From an uncultured Rhodothermales bacterium (GTDB lineage Bacteria > Bacteroidota > Rhodothermia > Rhodothermales > VXPQ01), in the NCBI GenBank assembly GCA_964487555.1, contig CAZART010000010.1:349-64348 (forward strand): DNA of 64,000 nucleotides, written 5' to 3'. This document shows positions 17,492-27,330 of this stretch, one piece after another. Position 1 is the stretch's first letter; each line of letters begins with the position of its first letter. The position numbers and the translations under genes were made by a program. Under the pieces are notes generated by a model, which worked only from the letters and a program-made list of their open reading frames with translations, was not told the DNA's origin and searched no databases.

Positions 17492-19209
17492 TCCGACGTG
17501 CCCATGCCCTTGCCATCATGTTGATCCTGGCCGCCGCCGGATGCGCGACCCCGATCCCTCCTTCGGGCGGTCCTCGGGACGAAACGCCACCGGAGCTCGT
17601 GGAAGCGACCCCCGCACAGGGCGCGGTAAATGTCGACGCCGATTTCGTCCGTCTCACGTTTTCCGAGTACGTCGACCAGGCCTCCTTCACGCAGGCCTTC
17701 TCGATCTCACCCTCGTCCGATCGTCCGGTGGAATTTGATTGGAGCGGCCGAAGCGTGGTCATCCGCTTTCCTGATCCCCTGCGGGAGAACACCACATACG
17801 TGCTCACGATCGACTCGAACCTTCGCGACCTGCACAGTGTGACCTTGACATCGCCGATCGTCTACGCCTTTTCGACGGGCCCTACGATTAGCGCCGGAAG
17901 GCTGACGGGTCGCGTCGTCGCATCATCCGACGGCGCACCGATGGCCGGCGTAGATGTTCTCGCGTATGCGCTTCCGGACAGTACGGCTCCCGGCGTACTC
18001 GGCGAGCGGCCGTCCTACCGCACACAAACCGACAGCGAAGGGATCTTCACGTTCGATTACCTGACGGAGCAGTTCTACTTCGTTCCGGCTCTTCGCGACG
18101 ACAACCGCAACCTGCGTCCTGATCCTCAGGAGCGGTACGCCGCGCCACCGGCCGCGGCGTTCTTCGCCGACAGCACGGCTGAAATCGCCGCCTCTTCGTG
18201 GGTCCTTGCAGCCATCGATACGACCGGGCCCACGCCTGTGCGCGCGCAGTCACAGGCCCAGTCGCGCCATCTCCTTCGCTTCTCCGAACCGGTACGTTTG
18301 GTGGATCGCGATCCGACGGCGTGGACCCTTGCCGACTCGTCGACCGGTGAGCGGTTCGCAATACACGATCTCTATCTCCTGCAGGCCGAACCCCGGCAGG
18401 TGCACCTGATCACGGACGAGCTTGAAAACCGGAGCTACCGCATTGTACCTTCCGCCGTCGCCGATACGAGTGGAAACGTGGTCGATCCCGAGCCGGTCTA
18501 TCTCACGCCGGCGCAGGAAAACGACACGTTGCGCACACGCTTCGTCGACTTTTTGCCGGCTGATCCTCCGAGCGAGGACGTAACCCCGATCGCACGCGAG
18601 CTTGAGCCCGGCATTCGTTTCAACCGACCGATCAGCGAAGAGCTGCTCGGCGCTGCCGTCTCGGTCACCGATTCGGCGGGCGTCGACCGAGGATTCATTG
18701 CCGTTACGGCGAACGGCACCGACTACGAAATTGTGACTGATCCCCGGTTGCAGCACGGCGAACGAATATCCATAGACGTCGACGCGCGACAACTTTCCGG
18801 TCCCGATACCACGTATGCCAGGTCCTACAGGCGTATTCCGATAGAGGAAACCGGCGAAATTGCCGGAGTGACCCGCGCGATGGTTGCGACGGACGACACG
18901 AGCTTCACCGGGACCGTCGAATCATCCCAAATCGTCGTGCAGGTGTATCCGCTCGAGGTCACTGCCGCCGTACCGACCTACACGGCGAACGCCGATTCGG
19001 CCGGTTCATTCGTATTCTCCGAACTCCCCGCCGGCTCCTACCGGATTCGCGCATTCGCAGACGTCGACAACAGCGGCACGTGGGATCCCGGCCTATTGCT
19101 ACCGTACCGTCCGGCGGAGGGCATAGCGTGGCACACCGAACCGGTACGTGTTCGGAGCCGGTGGGAAACCACTTTGCCCGATACGCTTCGCATTCCCGTT
19201 CCGCGGTGA
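17488..19209 (+). CDS. Lipoprotein with Ig-like (SbsA_Ig-type) domain and C-terminal carboxypeptidase-regulatory-like fold
   Basis: Lipobox LILAAAGCATP, then PPELVEATPAQGAVNVDADFVRLTFSEYV, typical of Ig-like domains in Bacteroidota lipoproteins. The C-terminus has SAGSFVFSELPAGSYRIRAFADVDNSG. Confidence 0.55.
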   Translation: MIRRAHALAIMLILAAAGCATPIPPSGGPRDETPPELVEATPAQGAVNVDADFVRLTFSEYVDQASFTQAFSISPSSDRPVEFDWSGRSVVIRFPDPLRENTTYVLTIDSNLRDLHSVTLTSPIVYAFSTGPTISAGRLTGRVVASSDGAPMAGVDVLAYALPDSTAPGVLGERPSYRTQTDSEGIFTFDYLTEQFYFVPALRDDNRNLRPDPQERYAAPPAAAFFADSTAEIAASSWVLAAIDTTGPTPVRAQSQAQSRHLLRFSEPVRLVDRDPTAWTLADSSTGERFAIHDLYLLQAEPRQVHLITDELENRSYRIVPSAVADTSGNVVDPEPVYLTPAQENDTLRTRFVDFLPADPPSEDVTPIARELEPGIRFNRPISEELLGAAVSVTDSAGVDRGFIAVTANGTDYEIVTDPRLQHGERISIDVDARQLSGPDTTYARSYRRIPIEETGEIAGVTRAMVATDDTSFTGTVESSQIVVQVYPLEVTAAVPTYTANADSAGSFVFSELPAGSYRIRAFADVDNSGTWDPGLLLPYRPAEGIAWHTEPVRVRSRWETTLPDTLRIPVPR

Positions 19210-19236
19210 ACCCTGATTGAACCACGTCCACACGTC

Positions 19237-20829
19237 ATGACACGAATGGAGCCCGTCCTGACCGCCGAAGCCATGCGCGAGGCCGATCGATTCACGATCG
19301 AGGATTTCGGCATATCCGGCCGCACCCTCATGGAAACGGCCGGCCGGGATGCGGCCTTGAGCATAGAACGCCGGTTTGGGCCCGCGGCCCGCCTTCGCGT
19401 GGCCGTGTACTGCGGCAAAGGTAACAACGGCGGAGACGGATTCGTGCTCGCTCGCTACCTCCATCAGCACGGCGGCCATGTTCGCGTGATAACACTTGGC
19501 GCCGAGGGCGAGATGAGCGAGGACGCCGCCGCGAACTATCGGCTCCTCAAAAAACTCGAGGCTCACAACGATGACGGGCGCCTGCGAATCCATCCGCTCA
19601 CCGGTCTCGGCGATGTCCCGCCCGCGGACGTGCACGTCGACGCCCTGCTGGGCACCGGAATCACCAGCCGGCTTCGCGAACCGATCCTCAGTCTCGTGCA
19701 GCGGCTAAGCGCGCAGCGCGGCGCCAGGATTGCCATCGACGTTCCAACCGGACTGCACACCGATCTGGGCACCGTTCTCGGCGCCGCCTTTAAGGCGGAC
19801 CTCACGATCACCATGGGCACGCTAAAAGCCGGCCTCTGCTTGAATCATGGCCCCGAATATGCCGGCGAAATTGAAATCGTCGATATCGGCATTCCGCCGC
19901 ACCGGCTCGCGGCACCGGCCATCTCCGGCCGCAAAGGATGCGCCATGCGAACTACGGATGCTGCCATACGCCTCCTTCTTCCTTCACGGCCGCCTGATGC
20001 GCACAAGTATTCGGTCGGATATGCCCTGACCATCGCCGGCGCGGCGGGCATGACCGGTGCACCCGTCATGGCATCCTCCGCCGCAGCGCGGGCCGGTGCC
20101 GGATACGTCTCGTGCGCGTGCGACGAGCGGATCGAACATGTTCTCGGCATCAAGATGACGGAGATCACGACCATCGCACTCCCGTCCACCGATGCAGGCA
20201 TCGATCCCGACGGCGCTATGGAGGCTCTCGCCGGAAGACTCGAAAAGGCCGACGCCGCACTGATCGGCTGCGGCCTGGGCAAAGCCGAATCCACGAGTGA
20301 ATTCATCCGCCGTTTTCTGAGGCAGGTCGACGTGCCGTTGGTGATCGATGCCGACGGCATCAACGCGCTGGCCGGCCACACGGACGTCCTGTCGCGTCAC
20401 TCCCGCGGCCGCTGGATTCTCACACCGCACATGGGCGAATTCAACCGCCTCGCCGGTACGGCCCTGGACCAGGTCGAGATCGAACCCGAAGACCGCATCG
20501 CCCTTGCCCAACACTTCGCGGGCGAATGGAACTGCGTGCTGGTCCTGAAAGGCATGCCCAGCGTCGTCGCCACACCCGACGGCCGGGCGTGGATTCCATC
20601 CACCGGCAACACAGGCCTTGCCTCCGCCGGAACCGGCGACGTACTGGCCGGCATCTGTACCGGCCTCCTCGCACAGGGCCTATCTCCCCAGAACGCTGCC
20701 ATTGCGGGGCTGTACATCGGCGGTGCCGCCGCCGACCGGTATGCCGCCCACCGGGACGTTCGTACGCTCCAGGCGACGGATCTCCTCGATGAATTGCCGT
20801 TCGTTTTCAAAGAGCTTTTTTCGATTTGA
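19237..20829 (+). CDS. nnr: Bifunctional NAD(P)H-hydrate repair enzyme (epimerase + ADP-dependent dehydratase)
   Basis: The YjeF-N part has YCGKGNNGGDGFV and DALLGTG. The YjeF-C part has KYSVGYALTIAGA, IDADGINAL, LTPHMGEF and AGTGDVLAG. Confidence 0.9.
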   Translation: MTRMEPVLTAEAMREADRFTIEDFGISGRTLMETAGRDAALSIERRFGPAARLRVAVYCGKGNNGGDGFVLARYLHQHGGHVRVITLGAEGEMSEDAAANYRLLKKLEAHNDDGRLRIHPLTGLGDVPPADVHVDALLGTGITSRLREPILSLVQRLSAQRGARIAIDVPTGLHTDLGTVLGAAFKADLTITMGTLKAGLCLNHGPEYAGEIEIVDIGIPPHRLAAPAISGRKGCAMRTTDAAIRLLLPSRPPDAHKYSVGYALTIAGAAGMTGAPVMASSAAARAGAGYVSCACDERIEHVLGIKMTEITTIALPSTDAGIDPDGAMEALAGRLEKADAALIGCGLGKAESTSEFIRRFLRQVDVPLVIDADGINALAGHTDVLSRHSRGRWILTPHMGEFNRLAGTALDQVEIEPEDRIALAQHFAGEWNCVLVLKGMPSVVATPDGRAWIPSTGNTGLASAGTGDVLAGICTGLLAQGLSPQNAAIAGLYIGGAAADRYAAHRDVRTLQATDLLDELPFVFKELFSI

Positions 20830-21227
20830 TGAATAACCGCACCGAATCATCTCGACCGCGCGCGCTCCGCCTTCTCGTGGCCGCAGCCTGGACGTTTTTC
20901 ATCCTCGTCCTCTGCAGCATTCCCGGCAGAGAGCTGCCGGAGATACGCGTCGTCAGCGCCGACAAGATCGGCCACTTTACGATGTTTGCCGTCTTCGGAT
21001 GGTTGTGGATGTACTCGCTGCGGATGGAGGTTCGTACACGCTTCCGATGGGTCGTGGCAGCCGGTCTCGCCTATGCCGTCTTGATGGAAATATACCAGGG
21101 CATCGTACCCATCGGCCGCGAATCCGAACTCTGGGACGCGCTGGCCAACTCAGCCGGTCTGCTCACCGGTGCGTCCATCTGGAGATTCCGCCGACGCAAA
21201 CCCCGCTCCGCAGAAACGACGGCGTGA
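20829..21227 (+). CDS. VanZ-like membrane protein
   Basis: A small protein with 4 TM helices, DKIGHFTMFAVFGW and ...EIYQGIVPIGRESELWDALANSAG. The start overlaps the nnr stop. Confidence 0.6.
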   Translation: MNNRTESSRPRALRLLVAAAWTFFILVLCSIPGRELPEIRVVSADKIGHFTMFAVFGWLWMYSLRMEVRTRFRWVVAAGLAYAVLMEIYQGIVPIGRESELWDALANSAGLLTGASIWRFRRRKPRSAETTA

Positions 21228-21414
21228 TCGGATTTCCGGTGCACCTTGCCGCGGCAGCGCACGCTCGGCCCACAAATCGCGGCGCGCCGGCCGGATAAAT
21301 TCACGGAACCGATGGGCGAACGTCGGGTACCCGGAACTTCTTCAATGTTTCGGCTAACGAGTTGTCGTATATTTGCCGAGTAGAATTCCAGAACTCGCAC
21401 ACTGATCGAAGACC

Positions 21415-22077
21415 ATGGCACTACGTAAACTCGAAAAATTCGATCTTCGCAAGAAGTATCCGATCTTCGTGGAGATAGGCCTCATCGCCACCCTCGCCCT
21501 TTTGATCGTTGCGTTCCGCGTGGATTGGAGCCCGGGCAGCGACTTTGAGATTGTCATGCCGGAGCAGGAGCAGATCGATATGGAGGAGGTCAAGCAGACG
21601 ACGCAGATAGAGCAGCCGCCTCCGCCGCCGAAGCCCCCCGTCCCCATCGAGGTTCCCAATGATGAGATCCTCGAAGATGACGATCTTGATCTCGATGCTT
21701 CGCTCGACATGGATGAGCCGATCGCCGACACGCCTCCGCCGCCTCCTCCTGCCGAAGAGGAGAAAGAGGAAGAGCCCGAGATCTTCGTGATCGTCGAGCA
21801 GATGCCCGAGCTGATCGGCGGCCTCAGTGCGATCCAGAAGAAGATTAAATACCCGGAGATCGCAAAGAAGGCCGGCGTGGAAGGCCGCGTGATCGTCCAG
21901 TTTGTCGTGGATGAAGAGGGCAGCGTCGTCGATCCTCAGGTCGTGCGCGGAATCGGCGCCGGATGCGACGAGGAAGCGATTCGAGCCGTCCAACAAGCCA
22001 AGTTCAAGCCGGGTCAGCAGCGCGGTAAAGCGGTCAAGGTCAAGATGTCGCTGCCGATCACCTTCAAGCTCAAATAG
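21415..22077 (+). CDS. tonB: Energy transducer TonB
   Basis: N-terminal anchor, Pro-rich linker (QPPPPPKPPVP, PPPPPP), and C-terminal TonB domain PELIGGLSAIQKKIKYPEIAKKAGVEGRVIVQFVVDEEGSV...KFKPGQQRGKAVKVKMSLPITF. Confidence 0.85.
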   Translation: MALRKLEKFDLRKKYPIFVEIGLIATLALLIVAFRVDWSPGSDFEIVMPEQEQIDMEEVKQTTQIEQPPPPPKPPVPIEVPNDEILEDDDLDLDASLDMDEPIADTPPPPPPAEEEKEEEPEIFVIVEQMPELIGGLSAIQKKIKYPEIAKKAGVEGRVIVQFVVDEEGSVVDPQVVRGIGAGCDEEAIRAVQQAKFKPGQQRGKAVKVKMSLPITFKLK

Positions 22078-22122
22078 CCGGCATCTTCACGACAGTCGGT
22101 ATCGGCCAGTAAAGGATTCAGG

Positions 22123-22160
22123 GGGGATGAGAGATCAGTGCTCTCATCCCCTTATTTGTT
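22123..22160 (+). terminator. Intrinsic terminator after tonB
   Basis: GGGGAUGAGAG-AUCAGUG-CUCUCAUCCCC (a perfect 11-bp stem) followed by UUAUUUGUU. Confidence 0.7.
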
Positions 22161-22236
22161 CTGTGCCCCTCGTTCTGTGACGCTCGTTCGGCGCCCCTCG
22201 TTCTGCGCCCATCGTTGTACCCCTCGTTCTGCCCTC
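22158..22236. repeat. Six tandem copies of a 14-bp unit (GTTCTGYGCCCCTC)
   Basis: GTTCTGTGCCCCTC, GTTCTGTGACGCTC, GTTCGGCGCCCCTC, GTTCTGCGCCCATC, GTTGTACCCCTC and GTTCTGCCCTC are read head to tail between tonB and rpiA. Confidence 0.85.
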
Positions 22237-22314
22237 AGGCGCGCCTTCAAGAGCCGACGACAGCCGAGCCTCAAACGGGACCTCGCGACGATAAAATAGA
22301 AAACCGTCCGGACG

Positions 22315-23019
22315 TCATACCATTAAACCGTCCCGATAGTCACTTACGTTACCGTCATCGCGCCCGACGAGGACTCGCGTGGCCATTCCAATAAAAAGGC
22401 CATGATCGAGAACTCCCGGTATAAGCTTGATCGACCGGTCGAGTCCACCGGGATCATCGATGCCGTCGAACCGGCAATCCAGAATCCAGAAACCTTGATC
22501 GGTGACGATAGGCCCATCCTTGCGATCGCCGAGACGCAGCTCCGGATCTCCTCCCAGTCGACGCAGCGCTCGTTCAACCGGCCGGCAGGCCATCGGCAGG
22601 ATCTCGACCGGCACAGGGAATTTGGTGCCCAGCCGCTCGACGATCTTGGACGCATCCACCAAAATGACCAATTCCGTCGCGAGCGACTCCACGATCTTCT
22701 CCCGCGTCTGTGCGGCGCCACGACCCTTGATCAGGTTGAATTGAGGATCGACTTCGTCGGCGCCGTCGAGGGCGATATCCAGAGCGTCGATCTCATCCAG
22801 GCTTACGAGTGGTATTCCCTGCTGCCTCGCCAGCATTTCGGCAGCGATGGACGTCGGCGTGCCGACGATGTCCAGACTCTCATCTCGGACGCGACGGCCA
22901 AGCTCTTTAAGGGCATGCGCCGTGGTCGAGCCTGTGCCGAGACCGACGCGCATTCCGTCTTCAACGAACGAAGCCGCCTTTACGCCGGCGGCTTTCTTGG
23001 CGGCATCACCGTTTGGCAT
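22315..23019 (-). CDS. rpiA: Ribose-5-phosphate isomerase A
   Basis: VGLGTGSTTAHALKELG, DGADEVDPQFNLIKGRGAAQTREKIV and ILVDASK. Confidence 0.9.
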   Translation of the reverse strand: MPNGDAAKKAAGVKAASFVEDGMRVGLGTGSTTAHALKELGRRVRDESLDIVGTPTSIAAEMLARQQGIPLVSLDEIDALDIALDGADEVDPQFNLIKGRGAAQTREKIVESLATELVILVDASKIVERLGTKFPVPVEILPMACRPVERALRRLGGDPELRLGDRKDGPIVTDQGFWILDCRFDGIDDPGGLDRSIKLIPGVLDHGLFIGMATRVLVGRDDGNVSDYRDGLMV

Positions 23020-23138
23020 TCGTACCTAAATCGAAACCCAAATGAATCGTCTGCGTGGTATTCTCTCCATTGCGGATTCTCAGCTCGAGCAGGTCACCTT
23101 CCATCCGCTCGCACCTGCCCACAAACGACGTAGTTGCT

Positions 23139-23297
23139 ATGTCCAAAGTCACCATCCTTCGCGAGTTCTGGAATTTCCTCCGCGTCCGCAAGAAATTCTG
23201 GCTGGCTCCAATCGTCGTCGTACTCGTACTTTTGAGTCTGCTGATCGTCTTGACGCAAGGCTCGGCTCTGGCCCCCTTCGTTTACGCCCTTTTCTAG
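23139..23297 (+). CDS. DUF5989 family small membrane protein (52 aa)
   Basis: MSKVTILREFWNFLRVRKKFWLAPIVVVLVLLSLLIVLTQGSALAPFVYALF matches the DUF5989 pattern (…EFW.F…RKK.WL.P…GS…APF.Y..F) as I remember it. Confidence 0.6.
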   Translation: MSKVTILREFWNFLRVRKKFWLAPIVVVLVLLSLLIVLTQGSALAPFVYALF

Positions 23298-23390
23298 CAA
23301 ACATCCACCCCAAGACGCAGAGCCCTATTCGACGGGAGATGAATGGCAGGAGGTCGGAGACGGAAGAACGTTCCCCTCCCCCTTCCCCTT

Positions 23391-23882
23391 TTACGCTTCC
23401 GTCATTCTTTTCTCAAGCCGTAGGCGCCAATCCTTATACGTCTTATTAAAATCCGCTTTTACGACGCGGAAGCCTTCCCTCAGGCCGAGAATCGTCATCC
23501 CGGCATGGCGATTCGGGAAGGTGTCAAACGCAAATCGTACGTAGCCTCGCTCCCGCGCCCGGCTCATCATGGCATAGAGCATCTTGCTCGCCAGCCCCTG
23601 CCGGCGGTAATCCGGAAGCACGCCTCCTTTTGCGCTGTAGTACACGAATCGGTTCTCGCGATAGCCGATCTTGAAGCCGACCGGTACGTCATCGACGGTA
23701 ACGAGCAGGATCATGAGGTCCTCTCGATCGAACGTGTTGATAATGCGTTCTTCGTCAAAAATGGCCACGTTGAGACACTTGATCACCTCGAGTGAAGAAC
23801 GCTGGGCCTCCACGACCGTGGCATGCTCTGCAATCAAGGCCGCTTTGTCGGCCAGCGAACTGTATGACGCACTTCGAGGCAT
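23391..23882 (-). CDS. GNAT family N-acetyltransferase
   Basis: 163 aa with GVLPDYRRQGLASKMLYAMMSRARERGY, the acetyl-CoA binding motif A. Confidence 0.7.
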   Translation of the reverse strand: MPRSASYSSLADKAALIAEHATVVEAQRSSLEVIKCLNVAIFDEERIINTFDREDLMILLVTVDDVPVGFKIGYRENRFVYYSAKGGVLPDYRRQGLASKMLYAMMSRARERGYVRFAFDTFPNRHAGMTILGLREGFRVVKADFNKTYKDWRLRLEKRMTEA

Positions 23883-23951
23883 CCGATTAGAAAACTGGAA
23901 TCCAATTCGACGCTGAGAACATCGGCTCGTTCATTCGCAAGACCGCATCGG

Positions 23952-26090
23952 TCAAAATGGAAGTCCGTCATCCGCAAACGGCTCGGCATCGCCCGACCCC
24001 GCTCCGCCTTCCGCCGCTTTGCCGCCGTCGATAAGCGCGTGATCGTTCGACGCATCGGACAGCTCTGAGGCGCCGTCGCCGCTTGATCCTTCGGGGAGAA
24101 GTCGCGGCGCGTCTTCCTCCACAAGACGCATTTCTTCCAGCAGCTTCGCCGGCACGTCCGCGATAAATCGGCTTGGATCGGTCAGATACTGCCCCTGATA
24201 CCGACGATACTGCAAAATAGGATAGGAGATGAAGAGATTCTCCTCTGCCCTCGTCACCGCTACGTAGAGCAGCCTCAGCTCCTCGTCCAGGGCATCTTGA
24301 TTCTTCAACGAATACATCGAAGGCAGCACGCCGTCGAGCGCGTGTATGATGAACACGGTGTGGAATTCGAGCCCCTTCGCCGAATGGATCGTCGACAGAA
24401 CCAGCGGCGCCTCGTCGTCGTCCGCCGGGTCGGCATCCAGCGCCGTGAGCTCGATGGGATCAAGCGCCATCGACGACAGAAAGTCGCCTCGATCCGTGTA
24501 ATTGGCCGTAAGCGCGACGAAATGCTCCAGATCTTGTAGACGCTTGGGGTAATCCTCGTAGTACTTGCGCTTCAAGATGGGCTCGTAATACGTGATCAAC
24601 GCCTCCACTTCCTCCATCAACGTCATTGACCCGCCTCGCATCCGGCGAAGCAGATCGAAAAGCTTCGTAATCTCGTCGACGTATCGCGGCGAGAACGGAC
24701 GGTCTTGCACGACAAATGGATCATCCTCCGCCGACGTAATCCACTCCACGAGATCCTGCGCCGTCTTCGGACCGATACCGTCGAGCAGCTGCAGGATGCG
24801 GTTCCACGACACGGCATCCATCGGATTTTCAGCCACCTTAAGATGCGCGGCTACATCTTTGATGTGCGCCGCCTCGCTCAGCTTCAATCCGCCATACTTC
24901 ACGAAGGGTATGTTGTGGCGATTGAGTTCGGTCTCGAGATCGTACGAGTTGAAGCTGCTCCGGAAGAGCACGGCCATGCGGTTCAACGCTACCCCGTATT
25001 CCCGCAGATGCAGCACCATCTGACTGACAAACCGGCTTTCATCACGGGTGTCGGGCGCGGGAACGACGGCCGGCCGCTCGCCTTCCGTCATGTCGCTGAA
25101 CAGCTGCTTCTCGTATTTTCGGCTCGCTTTCTCTATCAGATGATTCGCGAGATCCAGGATCGGCTGGGTGGACCGGTAGTTTTTCTCGAGCTTCAGCAGC
25201 GTAGTGCCTGGGAAGTCCTTCGGGAAGTCGAAGATATTCCGAAAATCCGCCCCACGAAACCGGTAGATGCTCTGTGCGTCGTCTCCGACCACCATGACGT
25301 TGCCGTGAACGCTCGAAAAATGTTTCACGAGATCTGACTGCAGCCGGTTCGTGTCCTGGTACTCATCGACCAGCACGTAGCGGCATCCCGCGCTCACCTG
25401 ATTACGAACGGATTCGTCCCGGGACATGAGCTCCGCGGTGTGCAGGAGGATATCGTCGTAATCCATGAGGCCACACTGCCGCTTGTATTCCGCGAAGCTC
25501 CGCCGCAGCTCCTGAAGCGGTTCGAGGAATTCGATAAACTGCGGATACTTGGCTTCCAGGATCTCCTCGAGGGACTGGCCGCGGTTCGTGCCTGCCGAAA
25601 ACATGGAATACAACGTCTTCTTGCGCGGAAAGCGCTTGTCCAGACTGTTGAAGCCTTTGGAAGTCCGAAGCACGTCGAGGACGTCGGCCGAATCCGCGGC
25701 ATCCAGGATATTGAAGTTGTTCGGAAACCCGATTCGTCGTGCATGGCGGCGAAGAACGCCCAAACAAAACGAATGGAATGTGCCGCCGGAGACCCGGTTG
25801 CAGCGTCCGTCCAGCAGCATCGAGGCGCGGACGAGCATTTCGCGCGCGGCCCGGCGCGTGAACGTGAGGAGGACGATCTGCTCGGGATCGACGTTCTTCT
25901 CCACCAGGTAGGAGACGCGGTATACGAGCGTACGCGTCTTACCGGTGCCGGCGCCGGCGATCACGAGGACGGGACCGCCCGACGCGGTTGCCGCGGAAAA
26001 CTGCTGCTCGTTGAGTTCGGCGGCATAGTCAATAGACAGCCGCTCCCCGGCTGAGGACTGGTCCGACTTCAGTACAAATCGGCGGGCCAC
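23952..26090 (-). CDS. UvrD/PcrA/Rep family ATP-dependent DNA helicase
   Basis: LNEQQFSAA, Walker A VIAGAGTGKTRTL, VLVDEYQDTN, VVGDDAQSIYRFRGA, YRST, TIHSAKGLEF and LLYVAVTRAEE. Confidence 0.9.
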   Translation of the reverse strand: MARRFVLKSDQSSAGERLSIDYAAELNEQQFSAATASGGPVLVIAGAGTGKTRTLVYRVSYLVEKNVDPEQIVLLTFTRRAAREMLVRASMLLDGRCNRVSGGTFHSFCLGVLRRHARRIGFPNNFNILDAADSADVLDVLRTSKGFNSLDKRFPRKKTLYSMFSAGTNRGQSLEEILEAKYPQFIEFLEPLQELRRSFAEYKRQCGLMDYDDILLHTAELMSRDESVRNQVSAGCRYVLVDEYQDTNRLQSDLVKHFSSVHGNVMVVGDDAQSIYRFRGADFRNIFDFPKDFPGTTLLKLEKNYRSTQPILDLANHLIEKASRKYEKQLFSDMTEGERPAVVPAPDTRDESRFVSQMVLHLREYGVALNRMAVLFRSSFNSYDLETELNRHNIPFVKYGGLKLSEAAHIKDVAAHLKVAENPMDAVSWNRILQLLDGIGPKTAQDLVEWITSAEDDPFVVQDRPFSPRYVDEITKLFDLLRRMRGGSMTLMEEVEALITYYEPILKRKYYEDYPKRLQDLEHFVALTANYTDRGDFLSSMALDPIELTALDADPADDDEAPLVLSTIHSAKGLEFHTVFIIHALDGVLPSMYSLKNQDALDEELRLLYVAVTRAEENLFISYPILQYRRYQGQYLTDPSRFIADVPAKLLEEMRLVEEDAPRLLPEGSSGDGASELSDASNDHALIDGGKAAEGGAGSGDAEPFADDGLPF

Positions 26091-26436
26091 AGGAATGATC
26101 GGTGTTGGTGAGGGATGAAACGAGGAGCGCCGGTGACACCGGACATACTACGCAAATGTCGGATCCGAAGAAACGGCGCAGAACGGCTCATTCCAACACC
26201 TTGTTTTACCAAAAGATGCGGAGCGCATGAAACCCGCGACCGCTTTGCGGATACGAAAGCGCGGGCGGTGCTCGTAAGTGGTTTGCAACCTCGATTCTTC
26301 ATAGATTAGGCGCGCAGTTTTCCGGGCTTTCGAGCAAGGTTCACACCCACCGTTACGGACTGGGATCGCAGCGTCGGACCGTCCGTTTTCCGATCTCCAC
26401 CGGTTTCGTTCGGCACCTAATCCAGGCAGATAGTCC

Positions 26437-27312
26437 ATGGGAAAAGTTATCTCGGTTGCCAACCAAAAGGGTGGCGTAGGAAAGACGACAACGTCGATCA
26501 ATCTCGCTGCTTCGCTGGCTGCGACGGAGCATCCCACGCTTTTGATCGACGTTGATCCGCAAGCCAACTGCACGTCCGGCATTGGCATCGAGCATAGGTC
26601 GCCGCGGCACTCCACGTACGAGGTGCTCATCGGAGACATGCAGGTTGAGGATGCGGTGCAGAAAACCGAGATGGACTTTCTCGACGTGGTGCCAAGCCAC
26701 ATCAATCTCGTCGGTGCCGAGATCGAGATGGTCGACGTGATGGAGAGAGAGCAGATCCTAAAGAATGCGCTCACGCGCATCCGCCGGAAGTACGATTTTG
26801 TCGTGGTCGACTGCCCACCCTCTCTGGGCCTGCTCACCGTGAATGCCCTTACGGCATCCGATTCGGTTCTCATTCCGGTACAAGCCGAGTACTTCGCCCT
26901 CGAAGGCCTCGGCCAACTTCTCAACACCATCAAGATCGTCCGCCAGCACCTGAATCCCGAGCTCGAGATCGAAGGCGTCCTGCTGACGATGTTCGACACG
27001 CGGCTTCGCCTTTCCAACCAGGTTGCCGACGAGGTCAGACGATACTTCGGTGACAAGGTCTTCAAGACCATCGTTCAGCGCAACGTCCGACTATCCGAGG
27101 CCCCGAGCTTCGGCAAGCCCGTGCTGCTGTATGACGCCACCTGTATCGGTGCGCGAAATTACATCGCCCTCGCCCGAGAGGTCATTCACAGTAGCCGCTC
27201 CTTTCTTGACGGCAGCCGCAGCGAGACCCACGAGCCGGTATCCGAGTCGGACTTACACGGCGACGGAACGTACTCTCCTTCATCGACGGCGGCTAACGGC
27301 TACGCGAGATAA
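26437..27312 (+). CDS. parA: Chromosome partitioning ATPase ParA/Soj
   Basis: [28 protein letters not shown] (deviant Walker A), VVDCPPSLG and [13 protein letters not shown]. It has an extended C-terminal tail of about 40 aa. Confidence 0.92.
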   Translation: MGKVISVANQKGGVGKTTTSINLAASLAATEHPTLLIDVDPQANCTSGIGIEHRSPRHSTYEVLIGDMQVEDAVQKTEMDFLDVVPSHINLVGAEIEMVDVMEREQILKNALTRIRRKYDFVVVDCPPSLGLLTVNALTASDSVLIPVQAEYFALEGLGQLLNTIKIVRQHLNPELEIEGVLLTMFDTRLRLSNQVADEVRRYFGDKVFKTIVQRNVRLSEAPSFGKPVLLYDATCIGARNYIALAREVIHSSRSFLDGSRSETHEPVSESDLHGDGTYSPSSTAANGYAR

Positions 27313-27330
27313 CGTGCGAGGATCTGAATT

